A DNA stretch of 62,811 nt, filler included, from Stramenopiles sp. TOSAG23-3 (lineage: Eukaryota), in assembly GCA_900128585.1 (NCBI GenBank). It is 5 parts of 5 records of this genome, joined end to end, with 100 filler letters (N's around TTAATTAATTAA, not from the genome) between each part and the next. Parts side by side here need not be neighbours in the genome. Positions count along the whole stretch, not along the records: positions 45,752 to 60,863 come from LT642536.1; 4 more parts are not named here. One strand, given 5' to 3'. Both the position numbers and the translations under genes were made by a program. The first letter of the stretch is position 1; every line of letters begins with the position of its first letter. The notes beneath the pieces are model-generated. The model was not told the origin of the DNA. It did not search any database and was given only the letters and a program-made list of their open reading frames with translations. This document shows, piece after piece, positions 45,652 to 55,825 of this stretch.

Positions 45652-45751
45652 NNNNNNNNNNNNNNNNNNNNNNNNNNNNNNNNNNNNNNNNNNNNTTAAT
45701 TAATTAANNNNNNNNNNNNNNNNNNNNNNNNNNNNNNNNNNNNNNNNNNNN
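45652..45751. other. Artificial contig linker
   Basis: N44-TTAATTAATTAA-N44. Confidence 0.97.
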
Positions 45752-45761
45752 GTGTAATGAC

Positions 45762-46388
45762 ATGGCAATCTTACGTTTTGCTAGGGCGCGGGACTTGGAC
45801 CCCGACGAGGCCATTTTGATGATTGAAAAGTGGAGGCTGTGGAGATTGGAGGCTGAGATCGATAGTATAACGGAGGAGACCGTGAAGAATGAGATAGGCA
45901 GCGGGAAGGCTTACTTTCATGGGTTCGACCGGAAAGGGCGGGCTTGTTTGATCGTGCGGCCGAGGCTCCATGATCCAAACAAGCGCGACATTAACGAAGT
46001 AATGCGATTTGGGGTGTACATGTTGGAAAAAGGAATTCAGCTCAGCGAGACCAAGGGCGAAAGCGACCAGATTTGCGTCCTCTACGACCGCAATGGTTTC
46101 GAGTACAAAAATTTTGACAGACAATTGTTTGGCGCTGGCCGTAACCTGTTGTCAATGTTACAGGACAATTACGCGGAACGATTGGGGGTGTTTTACGTCC
46201 TTGGGGCAAATTGGTTGTACTGGATGCTGTTCAAGATCATTAGTGTATTCTTGACGCAACGATCGAGGGATAAGATAATATTAATCTACAGCATGGAAGA
46301 AATGGCTAAACATTTCGAACAAGAGGAGTTGGAACTGGAATACAGGCTTCCTGTTGTACCCAAAACAGACGACGAGGCGGACAAGTAA
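45762..46388 (+). CDS. CRAL-TRIO/Sec14 lipid-binding protein (probably 5'-truncated)
   Basis: ILRFARAR, GKAYFHGFDRKGR, LQDNYAERLG; starts 10 bp from contig end. Confidence 0.9.
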   Translation: MAILRFARARDLDPDEAILMIEKWRLWRLEAEIDSITEETVKNEIGSGKAYFHGFDRKGRACLIVRPRLHDPNKRDINEVMRFGVYMLEKGIQLSETKGESDQICVLYDRNGFEYKNFDRQLFGAGRNLLSMLQDNYAERLGVFYVLGANWLYWMLFKIISVFLTQRSRDKIILIYSMEEMAKHFEQEELELEYRLPVVPKTDDEADK

Positions 46389-46668
46389 GTATAACCGTTT
46401 GTAATAAAAAAATAAAAAGAGCCTTTGCTTCTTTTTTTTGTCACTGCTTGTTTGTCAATTCTATAAAAACAAGACAATTGGCTGTTATTTAAGTAAAAAA
46501 CATACTGTATAATTTGTTTTTTTAAAAATTAATTCTAAAAATATCTTCAAAAAAAAGTCCATGTTGCGTAGAAAAAATCTCACGGTGGCCATGTGAGGGA
46601 CGAAAGGGTTGGCCCTCGAGACGAGTTTCGAGTCTCCTTCCCAGGGCGTCACGCTGAACATGGTAATT

Positions 46669-47349
46669 TTATCGGTAATCGTCAATTTTGATAAACAATT
46701 TTTTGTCATTTGGAGTCTTCCGAACAATTTTTTTCCCGAAACGACTGAAAGGGTAAACGCAGTATTCAACTGTCCCCGTTACAACCCCCAGCGGTATCGG
46801 CCCGAAGCTGTTGGAATCTTCCGAGGGCACAGGGCTGTCCCCTTCTACCCAGCAATACCCCGCAGGTATTGGAACGAGATCCCCCGCAGGATCTTTAACC
46901 ACCGAAGAATGGACTTTCTTCTCCCCATCCCAAGAGCCTTCCTCCTCGGAATCTTTTCGGTTGGACCGGATCCAGTCCCCGCCCAACCCCACGATCCGCT
47001 TGACTATCCGTTTATTGGGGTGCAAATCGATCGTCACAACGTCCCCCCGCTCAAAATCATACGTCATACACTTACGCTTATCCACCAGAACAATGTCCCT
47101 CTCGTCCCACCGCCCACTTGGATTTAGGGTCGGTTGCATTGACACACCTTCTACCTTCACTATATTGAAAAACCTGTCCGTCACTAACAAAGTCACAGCC
47201 CCCCCCACCAAGAAAACAGCGCAGGTACTGCATGACGACACTCCAAGCAACGAAAGTAGTTACTATGGCACAGTGGTTAGACAAGCAAGCTGGTTCAAAA
47301 TATCTTACACAACGTTTCTTATCGGCCTGAAGTGTTGATTTGTTTCCAT
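46669..47349 (-). CDS. IMP2: Mitochondrial inner membrane peptidase (S26, IMP2-like); two exons 47349-47309 and 47227-46669
   Basis: VEGVSMQPTL (catalytic Ser), IVKRIVG (Lys), WVEGD...DSNSFGPI; GTAAG...CAG 81-bp intron joins in frame. Confidence 0.85.
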
Positions 47350-47440
47350 AAAATCTCTCCCACCCCGCTGATCAGCGATTATTGTTTACATAATAATAGA
47401 CGACTATGTAATTGTCTATAAATAATTAATATATCTACTA

Positions 47441-47480
47441 NNNNNNNNNNNNNNNNNNNNNNNNNNNNNNNNNNNNNNNN
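47441..47480. other. Scaffold gap (40 N)
   Basis: N run without linker. Confidence 0.95.
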
Positions 47481-47705
47481 GTAGTAGAAGACGACTAGTA
47501 CTTCAACAACCACAACTTACCTTTTGAATATTGTAATTTGTGGATAATTTAATGTCATAATGATGTAGTTAATTTAATCCTTCTTTCCTTCCCCTTCCTA
47601 GATTTCCGCGAAAAGGAAAAGACAAGAAATTATCTATAGCATCACAATTTATTCATTCATATAAATAATTCATATAAATAGTGTATATTTCCACTCTTGT
47701 GCAAC

Positions 47706-50180
47706 ATGACAAGCACTGTCGCGCGGACGGACAGTCACACGAGCTGGGAGGCGGAGAGCTCCGACGGATCGTCGTATGTTTACGAAAGTGGAAGCGATGA
47801 CTACGTGTTTGAGGACGATGAGGAGGTCGCGGACATATCCCCGCGAGGTAATGGGCTGCTGCAGCGGTTGGAGTCCTACAACATAGTGGACGAGACGAAA
47901 CTGACAAAGTTCGTTTCGGACGCCATCGAAAAGGTGGAGAGCATGTGCGGCGTGAACCGCTCGACCGCAGGGCTATTGCTGATAGTTTTCGATTGGGACT
48001 CGGACTTGATATGCGAGCGCTGGTGGGAAGGAAAGGACGATACCGAAATCCAGGCATCGAGGGATAAGGTTTGTAAGTCTGCCGGCATTCCCAGGCACGG
48101 TCCGGTGTACGAAGAGAAGGGCCCGGAGCCCAGCAGCCAGGTGTGCGTGGGGTGCTCGGCCTGCCCCAAAAGCTTGCTGAACCGAGCTGCTCAGGGCGCC
48201 AAGGGAGAGGGGCAGTCGGGAAAACGGACCCGGCCACCCGAGGAGAGTCCAAAAAAACGGCAGAAGAAGAAAATCAAGAAAAGCAAAGGGTTCAAAAAAG
48301 GAATCAAGGCCGTCTTTTCGCAACTGCGCACCGTGAAGAAGTTCTACGAAGCTTCCGTTCCCGACGAGACCGATATCTCCGTCATTGAAGTAGCAATCAA
48401 GTGCAAAGGAATGTGGACCGGAGTGGAGGCATTCTTTCGAATTGTCCTGCCCAACGTTCAAACTTTCCCGTTGGAGGCCCCGAAGAAGGTTCTTGCGGTA
48501 AACCCATCAAAAATGTTTCACCCGAACGTTGACCCAACGGACGGAACAGTCTGCCTCAGCCTGCTTTCCACGGACTGGTCGCCGCTGACAACTTTGAAAG
48601 ATGTCTGCGATGCATTGCAAACACTGTTCGTATGCCCAAATTGGGGGCATTCCTTGAACGCAGAGTGCAACACACTGCACGAAAAGGCCCACACGGGCGA
48701 ATTCTACCAAAGGTTGAGGCAGCTGGGCGCAACAGACCCTGAGGCGTGCAGTTCTTTGACTGCGAAAATAAATTCTCTGACGCTGGCAGCCTCTCCCCAA
48801 GTGAACGAAGACCGGGCAGCTGAGTCGTCCCCGGCTGCGTTGTTCGACGCTCCGTCGCTGATGAAGCTGCCTTCGACAAGCTCGACCCACGCCATGGCGT
48901 GCGGCCATTTCTTTTGCAAAAACTGCTGGTCGATGTTCATCGAGGCAAAGCTTAAGTCTAGCGTTGCGGGAGCTCACGGTTTTGTTTTCATGATGTGCCC
49001 CGCAAAAGGATGCAACACGTTGATCACAGAGGACATCGTCCGGGAGGTCTCCCCTGAGAACTTGGGGTTGTTCCACAAAGGTTTTCTCGAGACGTTTGTG
49101 CAGAAGACGGAGAGAATCAAATACTGCCCTCGCGGCTGCGGAAACTACGTCTCTTACCCATCGCAGAGGGCCATAAACCGGGAAATCAAGTGCAATTGTG
49201 GAGCCCGGTACTGCTGGGGCTGCGAGGACGATGTTCACATCCCAATCTCGTGCCAAACGAAACAGAAATGGCTGAAGGGGGAAAAAGCTCATTTTTGTGG
49301 ACAGAGCAGGGACGATATATGGATGGCAACGAACGTAAAACCTTGCCCATACTGCAAGAGAAGCATTTATAAGGACGGCGGCTGTATGCACATGACGTGT
49401 CGCAAGCACGAAGGTGGCTGCGGCAAGGAATTCTGTTGGCTTTGTCTCGAAAGCTGGAAGAGCCATGGCAGTGGCAGTGGGGGGTACTATGCCTGCACCA
49501 AATACAAGAAAGCCAAAGATTCCGGAAATGTCGGTGGTCTGAAAGGCGCCGCTGCTACAGCTGCCATGGCGGAGAATCTTGCGGAGAAAAGAAAGGCGCT
49601 CATTGATCGGTACGAATTTCACGCCCAACGCTTTACATTTTCGCAAAGTAGCAGCAAGAGCGCGCTGGGGCGGGAGGAAGCTTTCAAGGTTTGGATCCTT
49701 GAGTCAGGGTGCGAGAACGAGAAGGCTGCGCAGCAGGCTTATGCCTTGGCAGACGCAGCAAGCACCATCGCGAAGTGTCGAAACGCGCTGGCGTACGTAT
49801 ATGTGACTAAATATTACATGCCAGAGAGTGCCGTGTACAAGAATTTGTTCGAAAATACCCACCATGAGTTCGAGGGATTGGTCGACAAATTGCAATCTTT
49901 GGTCGAAGGGTTTGCATTTATGGATGGACTGGGCAAAGTGGACCAGGAGTGCGAGAACACCTTGACAACGATAAAAACTTTGGTGTCCCAGGCGGAGAAA
50001 TTCTATGATGACCTGTCCCGGCCGGAAGACTTTAAATCTAAGTATTTGGGACGTGTGGAGGACGAGGCCATTCAGGGATTGGAATTTTTCACCGACCAAG
50101 TCATTTCCCCCGTCGAGATATGGGAAGCAAAAGAAGGCAGAAAATTTGCTGGGTTTCTTCATGGGAAGATAAAGAAGTGA
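47706..50180 (+). CDS. Ariadne-family RBR E3 ubiquitin ligase with inserted UBC (E2) domain
   Basis: Acidic N-terminus, UBA-like, split RING1 (CVGC ... CGHFFCKNC...CPAKGC), UBC (FHPNVD...VCLSLL..DWSP), IBR, RING2 (CPYC...GGCMHMTC...FCWLC), Ariadne domain (RYEFHAQRF). Confidence 0.92.
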   Translation: MTSTVARTDSHTSWEAESSDGSSYVYESGSDDYVFEDDEEVADISPRGNGLLQRLESYNIVDETKLTKFVSDAIEKVESMCGVNRSTAGLLLIVFDWDSDLICERWWEGKDDTEIQASRDKVCKSAGIPRHGPVYEEKGPEPSSQVCVGCSACPKSLLNRAAQGAKGEGQSGKRTRPPEESPKKRQKKKIKKSKGFKKGIKAVFSQLRTVKKFYEASVPDETDISVIEVAIKCKGMWTGVEAFFRIVLPNVQTFPLEAPKKVLAVNPSKMFHPNVDPTDGTVCLSLLSTDWSPLTTLKDVCDALQTLFVCPNWGHSLNAECNTLHEKAHTGEFYQRLRQLGATDPEACSSLTAKINSLTLAASPQVNEDRAAESSPAALFDAPSLMKLPSTSSTHAMACGHFFCKNCWSMFIEAKLKSSVAGAHGFVFMMCPAKGCNTLITEDIVREVSPENLGLFHKGFLETFVQKTERIKYCPRGCGNYVSYPSQRAINREIKCNCGARYCWGCEDDVHIPISCQTKQKWLKGEKAHFCGQSRDDIWMATNVKPCPYCKRSIYKDGGCMHMTCRKHEGGCGKEFCWLCLESWKSHGSGSGGYYACTKYKKAKDSGNVGGLKGAAATAAMAENLAEKRKALIDRYEFHAQRFTFSQSSSKSALGREEAFKVWILESGCENEKAAQQAYALADAASTIAKCRNALAYVYVTKYYMPESAVYKNLFENTHHEFEGLVDKLQSLVEGFAFMDGLGKVDQECENTLTTIKTLVSQAEKFYDDLSRPEDFKSKYLGRVEDEAIQGLEFFTDQVISPVEIWEAKEGRKFAGFLHGKIKK

Positions 50181-50504
50181 TTTTCAACTGATGACAATAT
50201 CATTCCTATCATAATAATATACCAGGTATTATAATACTAAAATAACAGACAATTTTTTTTTCGTTTTTAATATTAATAAATACTCGGCGGCGGCGGGATG
50301 ATGATAATAATATTTTTTTAATAATAATCCGTGTCGTATGTATATATTTATTATAATAATAATTATATATATAGACGATTCAGAGAATGGTTTGGAGTTT
50401 TGGGGAGCTCACGCGACCCGTTTGAAAGAATCGCAAACGGCAGCAAGTAATACCCCGCCCCCTCCCCCCCTTAGCCTAGGTTGCCCGAGCGTAACTTAAA
50501 AAAA

Positions 50505-51965
50505 ATGTTTTGGAAAAAGGGAAGGAATGGAAAACCCGTGGTGGGGGTGGGCCTCGGGGGCCTGGGTAATTTTTCAAATGTTAGAGCCGTTCCTGTCGTT
50601 GGTCTTGTCTTACGGATTTTTTGTGGCTTGTTCTGTGTAGGGCTGGTAGGTCACATAATATTTTTGCACTTATCCGTTTCGAGTGACTTTTACGAGGATA
50701 ACAGAGAGCTGAGGCGTGGGTCCGAGTTGGCAGACGCCGTAAGCGTTCTGTACGGGGTAGTCCCCTCCTCACGAAGGGTGCACCGTTGCATAATAATGCC
50801 ACACTTGCGAATTCCAAACCCCAACAACCCTTGGTACAAGGAGCGAGACTTTGTCCAGTGCCTGAACCGAGAACGGTGCACGCGTGGAGAATCCTTGACG
50901 ATCTCTGTGTACCCAAAGGATCCAGTGGAGATCGTCTTACTGAACGGCAAGAAGCTGAAGCGGACAAAGTATTTTGAAAAGCTTCTGGTGGGCGTTCGCT
51001 CGAGCCCGTATTTTGTCAATAACCCCGAGGACGCCTGTTTGTTGGTGCCCAATTTCGACCATACCCTGGTGGACTCCGACTCCGACGCTGCTTTTAAAAT
51101 CTCCAAAGCCCTGCGAGATTTGCCGTTCTGGGACCAGGGACGGAACCATTTGCTGTTCAACAAGCACGATCACCCAACAGTCCAGTTCGACCCTGGGATG
51201 GCGATGGTCGCGAAAGTTGGGTTTGCGTGGCCCCACTACCGGCCTGGGTTCGACATTTCTCTGCCCCCACCGACTGGTTGGGAAGCCGACAACTGGCGAG
51301 AAGCAAAGTTGTGCGGCTGGGCGGGCAAGGATGGCCTGGACCGTAGGACCAAGTACTTGCTGACCTTCAAAGGCAGGCTGACCAGCGGCTTGCGCCATGC
51401 AATGATGTTCCTGCACAACGACAAGGACATAATCGTCATGCACTCCAAATGGGACATTCGTGGGAGGTACGATTACGACGATCTGATGCTCCACACAGAG
51501 TTTGCCCTCATTCCTCGAGGGAACGGTATGTACAGCTACCGCCTGGCAGAAGCAGTTGCGGCCGGGGCTATTCCAGTGGTCGTTTCGGACCACTACATTC
51601 TTCCGTTCAGTGAGTTTTTAAACTGGAAGGATTTTGCCGTGATAATCCCCGAGCACGAAACTATGGACATACCGGACATCCTACGGTCCATTACGGTGGA
51701 CCAACGGAAGATTTTGCGGTGCAACCTGTTCAAGGTTTGGCGGCACCATTTTTACAACATAAAATCCCACACGTTCACCGCGCTGGAGCTGTTGAACAGG
51801 AGGATTTACGGTTTTCGGGGCAAAAAGAAGGTAACGGCGGGGTTTCTGAGCAGGGCAGGTACGTATTCGACAGCATTTCGGGCGACAGAGGACGAAGACC
51901 TTGCGGTCGGGATGTGCTTTGAGCTGGACAATACGGACGCACGGGGCTTGTGCGAACGCGCTTGA
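50505..51965 (+). CDS. Exostosin-family glycosyltransferase (GT47), type II membrane protein
   Basis: N-terminal TM; NPEDACLLVP, LPFWDQGRNHL, FALIPRG..SYRLAEAVAAGAIPV, LPFSEFLNW. Confidence 0.92.
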   Translation: MFWKKGRNGKPVVGVGLGGLGNFSNVRAVPVVGLVLRIFCGLFCVGLVGHIIFLHLSVSSDFYEDNRELRRGSELADAVSVLYGVVPSSRRVHRCIIMPHLRIPNPNNPWYKERDFVQCLNRERCTRGESLTISVYPKDPVEIVLLNGKKLKRTKYFEKLLVGVRSSPYFVNNPEDACLLVPNFDHTLVDSDSDAAFKISKALRDLPFWDQGRNHLLFNKHDHPTVQFDPGMAMVAKVGFAWPHYRPGFDISLPPPTGWEADNWREAKLCGWAGKDGLDRRTKYLLTFKGRLTSGLRHAMMFLHNDKDIIVMHSKWDIRGRYDYDDLMLHTEFALIPRGNGMYSYRLAEAVAAGAIPVVVSDHYILPFSEFLNWKDFAVIIPEHETMDIPDILRSITVDQRKILRCNLFKVWRHHFYNIKSHTFTALELLNRRIYGFRGKKKVTAGFLSRAGTYSTAFRATEDEDLAVGMCFELDNTDARGLCERA

Positions 51966-52149
51966 AAAGAACGTGGGTGGTGCTGTGGAGAGGAGGAGAA
52001 AAGGGGTGTTGTAAGGTGAAAATGTATATATAGAGGAGTGTGTTAAGTAGTGTATTTTGCACTAAGAGTAGATGACGCGTCCTCGTCGCGCGCCGCCAAA
52101 CTGTAAATTCGGAAAAAAAGTATCTTTTGTGGAAAGAGAGAGATTGTTT

Positions 52150-52415
52150 TTTTAAAACAAGAAAATTGGCTGTTTTTTTTAATAAAAACTACTGGTACAG
52201 ATCATTTCGCAGTACATGAAGGAACGTATAACCTTTAATGGACAAAAGGAGCAGATTCATTTTCGAGGTACACGAGAAAGCTAGATTTTAATTTTACTTA
52301 AATAACAGCCTTTTTTGTTTTTTTAAAAACTACTTCGTATGATGAACCTTTTTTTTGGCATCAAATTGAAACTTTTACTACTTAAAAAACAAGAAAATTG
52401 GCTTGTAATTTTTAT
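52150..52415. repeat. Cluster of three family B copies
   Basis: aaaacaagaaaattggct at about 52154 and 52386; inverted long copy between them. Confidence 0.8.
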
Positions 52416-52559
52416 AGATAAACTGAATTAGGTTTTTAAATTAAAAAAAAAAGACTTTCGTAGATGGGTTTGTTAATATATTCAATTTTCAAATAATTCT
52501 GTGCACACTTCCGACTTTAATATATTGAGAATGGAATATAATCGAAAATCGTTCGACAG

Positions 52560-53828
52560 TTACAGACTTAATTCATTTTTGAATTTCCACACTTCTCTCA
52601 ATAAATGTTCCCCTTCAGCACCAATAATGTTATCGTACAAATGAATCTCCATCAACGAAGTGTTCACTTTCAACGCCTCTGCAACATATTTTGCCCCTTC
52701 ATCACCAATATTGTTAACGCTCAAATGGATCTTTGTCAACGAAGTATTCACTTTCAACGCCTCTGCAACATATTTTGCCCCTTCAGCACCAATGTAGTTC
52801 CCTCTCAAATCAATCTCTATCAACGAAGTATTCACTTTCAACGCCTCTGCAACATATTCTGCCCCTTCATCACCAATGTTGTTAGAATGCAAATTAATCC
52901 TTGTTGTCAACGAAGTATTCACTTTCAACGCCTCTGCAACATATTTTGCCCCTTCAGCACCAATGTTGTTACCGTTCAAATGAATCTTTGTCAACGAAGT
53001 ATTCACTTTCAACGCCTCTGCAGCATATTTTGCCCCTTCATCACCAATATTGTTACCGTTCAAATGCATCTCTGTCAACGAAGTATTCACTATCAATGCC
53101 TTTGCAACATATATTGCCCCTTCATCACCAATGAAGTTACCTTCCAAATGAATCATTGTCAACGAAGTATTCACTTTCAACGCCTCTGCAATATATTTTG
53201 CCCCTTCAGCACCAACGTCGTTATAGCGCAACCTAATATCTGTCAACGAGGTATTCACTTTCAACGCCTCTGCAAGATATTTTGCGTCTTCAGCTTCAAT
53301 GTTGTTACGGTCAAAATCAATCTTTGTCAACGAAGTATTCACTTTCAACGCCTCTGCAATATATTTTGCCTCTTCAGCACCAATGTTGTTCCCTTTGAAA
53401 TTAACCTCTCTCAACGAAGTATTCACTTTCAACGCCTCTGCAACATATTTTGCCGCTTCAGCACGAATGTTGTTACTTCCCAAATTAATCTCTGTCAACG
53501 AAGTATTCACTTTCAACGCCTCTGCAACGTATTTTGCCCCTGCAGCACCAATGTAGTTAGCCCAGAGATTAATCGTGGTATAAAAATAGCAGTTATACAG
53601 TGCTCTTTTTCCTTTGTCCGAACACTCAATACTTTGTGCCTTTTCCCATAATGTTTTCAGTTTTGCCAAGTTATCGACATGATGGTTGTGAACATATTTA
53701 CAGGTTCCCAAAAGACTTGCCCAACACTTAAAGTCATAACGAAGAAAGTCCATTATAAATACAAGCAAGTCATCCGGGAGCTCCTTCAGTGTCTTGATAC
53801 CGTCCTCCTCCTCACTCGTCTTCCTCAT
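52560..53828 (-). CDS. F-box-like plus RI-type (NLRC3-like) leucine-rich repeat protein
   Basis: LKELPDDLLVFIMDFL; 12 repeats of about 28 aa (xxIxLxxNxIGxEGAKYVAEALKVNTSL). Confidence 0.9.
   Translation of the reverse strand: MRKTSEEEDGIKTLKELPDDLLVFIMDFLRYDFKCWASLLGTCKYVHNHHVDNLAKLKTLWEKAQSIECSDKGKRALYNCYFYTTINLWANYIGAAGAKYVAEALKVNTSLTEINLGSNNIRAEAAKYVAEALKVNTSLREVNFKGNNIGAEEAKYIAEALKVNTSLTKIDFDRNNIEAEDAKYLAEALKVNTSLTDIRLRYNDVGAEGAKYIAEALKVNTSLTMIHLEGNFIGDEGAIYVAKALIVNTSLTEMHLNGNNIGDEGAKYAAEALKVNTSLTKIHLNGNNIGAEGAKYVAEALKVNTSLTTRINLHSNNIGDEGAEYVAEALKVNTSLIEIDLRGNYIGAEGAKYVAEALKVNTSLTKIHLSVNNIGDEGAKYVAEALKVNTSLMEIHLYDNIIGAEGEHLLREVWKFKNELSL
52600..53580 (-). repeat. 84-bp coding tandem repeat (LRR units)
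   Basis: Repeated tcaacgaagtattcactttcaacgcctctgcaac core. Confidence 0.92.
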
Positions 53829-54363
53829 TTTCTCACCACTCTCAACTGATAAACTTGCAATAATTCTCCTTTTAATTTTGAACTGTTATCGGTTATGAAT
53901 AAAGAATATGTTGATTTTAAATTTCAGTTTGTTTCTTTTGTAAATTGGTTTGTTTCGTTTCTTAACGTTTTTCTTTTCTTATTATAGAAAGAAAAGAAAG
54001 TGAATTTTTCTTTCTTGTGTGATAATTATTTATTAATTATTTTATTAATTATGATGAATAATAATATATAATTATTAGAATAATAATAAGAAGAACGACG
54101 AAGGAAGAAGGAGATTGTTTTTGGTTGGTGCAGCGCTAGCTAGCAGCTGTGCAGCATCGTAGTATACGACGGGGTATAATAATAATACAGGTAATAATAA
54201 AAAAAAAGGAAAAAAATGTGTTGTAGCAACATACCAACTCGTACAACGAACGACGAAGTGATGGAATGTAATAGAAATGCGTATAATAAGGTAAGCATGA
54301 CCCCTCCTCGCCTTCAAAACAATAAGAAAGCTTTCTCCGTTTCTCCCAGCTCTTTTCCACGAC

Positions 54364-55176
54364 CTATTCCGCCCCCTCATCAAGGTCAGTGCTCAACTCG
54401 TCTAGGTGGGAAATCCTCCACATCAGCGGATCGTCCCCACGGAGGCACCCCAAGAACGTACACTCGACATTGGTCGGGTAGAAATTCAACGGCTGCTCTG
54501 GGTGCACTAGTCTAAACTCATACTTGACGCCGATCGCAGCATAAAGGTGCCGGTTCAGCATACTTTCATGGTGACGATGTGTGCTGCTTTCATCGAAAAA
54601 ATCAGTATCGTGTGGTGGTTTGCACGGGTAAGTTTGAAATTCCGAGATGCCGTTCACCTTGACCAACTCATACTTCGCGTTCGCCCATTCCGTAAGTTCT
54701 CCCTCGTCAAACTCTTCCGCAGACTCCGCCGTATTTTTCAACCAGTCCTCTAGCATCTTGTCAGAAACCACCATTTCCCTCAAATGGCTTTTCGTCTCCT
54801 CGCTAATTTCGGGCTGAAAAGGGTGGGTCATCTCCAAAAACGAAAGCAAGGCCTCCCCAGAATCCTGGACGAACGTGACTGGGTTCCAAGTGTCGAGGTC
54901 GTGGTGCTCTACCGGCGGCAGGCCATTCCGTGCGGTGTTCCGCAGCAACATGTGCAGAAAAAACCCATTGAGCACCGCGTAGAATATACCCTTTTGGGCA
55001 TCAAAGATTTGGATAAGTTCGGAAAAAGATGGGGCAGAAACGCTGGCCTCCCCGTCCCCTTCCGTCCCGGACGAGAACGGTCGGACGGGCACCGCTCCCA
55101 GCATCCTACCGAACGTTGCGGCAAGCCTGCGAGGGAACCCACCACGCTTACTCAACAATGCAGCACGTCGCAGCAT
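54364..55176 (-). CDS. Mitochondrial protein, possibly Tim44-like/MAIP1-like domain
   Basis: Arg-rich presequence ending RPFSS; C-terminal ECTF...WRISHL resembles the end of a Tim44-like fold. Confidence 0.55.
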   Translation of the reverse strand: MLRRAALLSKRGGFPRRLAATFGRMLGAVPVRPFSSGTEGDGEASVSAPSFSELIQIFDAQKGIFYAVLNGFFLHMLLRNTARNGLPPVEHHDLDTWNPVTFVQDSGEALLSFLEMTHPFQPEISEETKSHLREMVVSDKMLEDWLKNTAESAEEFDEGELTEWANAKYELVKVNGISEFQTYPCKPPHDTDFFDESSTHRHHESMLNRHLYAAIGVKYEFRLVHPEQPLNFYPTNVECTFLGCLRGDDPLMWRISHLDELSTDLDEGAE

Positions 55177-55353
55177 AATTTATTTACTTACGCTAAAAAA
55201 AGTAATAAACACAACACTGTTGTTTGAAATATTCCCATACACACACACCTTGCAATTTGTAAAAACATTGTTCCTCTTCCTTTCGTTTTCATTCAATACA
55301 CGTAGTCGTCGTCTAGTCATCGATTAAAAAATACGATTTAAATAAAAAAACAA

Positions 55354-55441
55354 NNNNNNNNNNNNNNNNNNNNNNNNNNNNNNNNNNNNNNNNNNNNNNN
55401 NNNNNNNNNNNNNNNNNNNNNNNNNNNNNNNNNNNNNNNNN
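55354..55441. other. Scaffold gap (88 N) next to microsatellite
   Basis: N run. Confidence 0.95.
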
Positions 55442-55443
55442 TT

Positions 55444-55491
<48 letters not shown>

Positions 55492-55530
55492 TCGACTCTT
55501 TCGACTCTTTCGACTCTTTCGACTCTTTCT
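55442..55530. repeat. (TTTC)n followed by (TTCGACTCT)x4
   Basis: Directly visible. Confidence 0.9.
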
Positions 55531-55825
55531 TCCTTTCTTCCTTTCTTCCTCCTTTCTTCCTTTATTATTCCTACGTACCTCTCCTCGTTGGTGTGTGCTG
55601 TTCTCCAACAAAAAAAAAATAATATTAATAATATGATAATGAAGAAGAAGAATGTGTTTTTTTTGGTGGCCTTTCTTATAAAATTGAATTTAGTAACAAT
55701 TGATAATTTGAAACAAAAGGAAGATTATTTCTTTTTGACTCTCTCTATCTATGCATCTACATATAAATATAAATCTTTTTATCTGCCTTTCTTTTTCTTT
55801 TTTTGTTGGTGTATGGTTTGTAAAT

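Noticed and set aside
52605-53651. Cys-rich repetitive 348-aa ORF, and CRISPR-like repeat/spacer appearance
   Set aside because: Antisense of the LRR gene; the period is 84 bp in coding frame, the variable parts are homologous, and there are no cas genes
22662-53828. Apparent ubiquitin/cullin gene cluster (UBA protein, Ariadne-E2, F-box LRR)
   Set aside because: The UBA gene is on another contig; Ariadne and F-box LRR are 2.4 kb apart, but eukaryotic proximity alone is weak evidence
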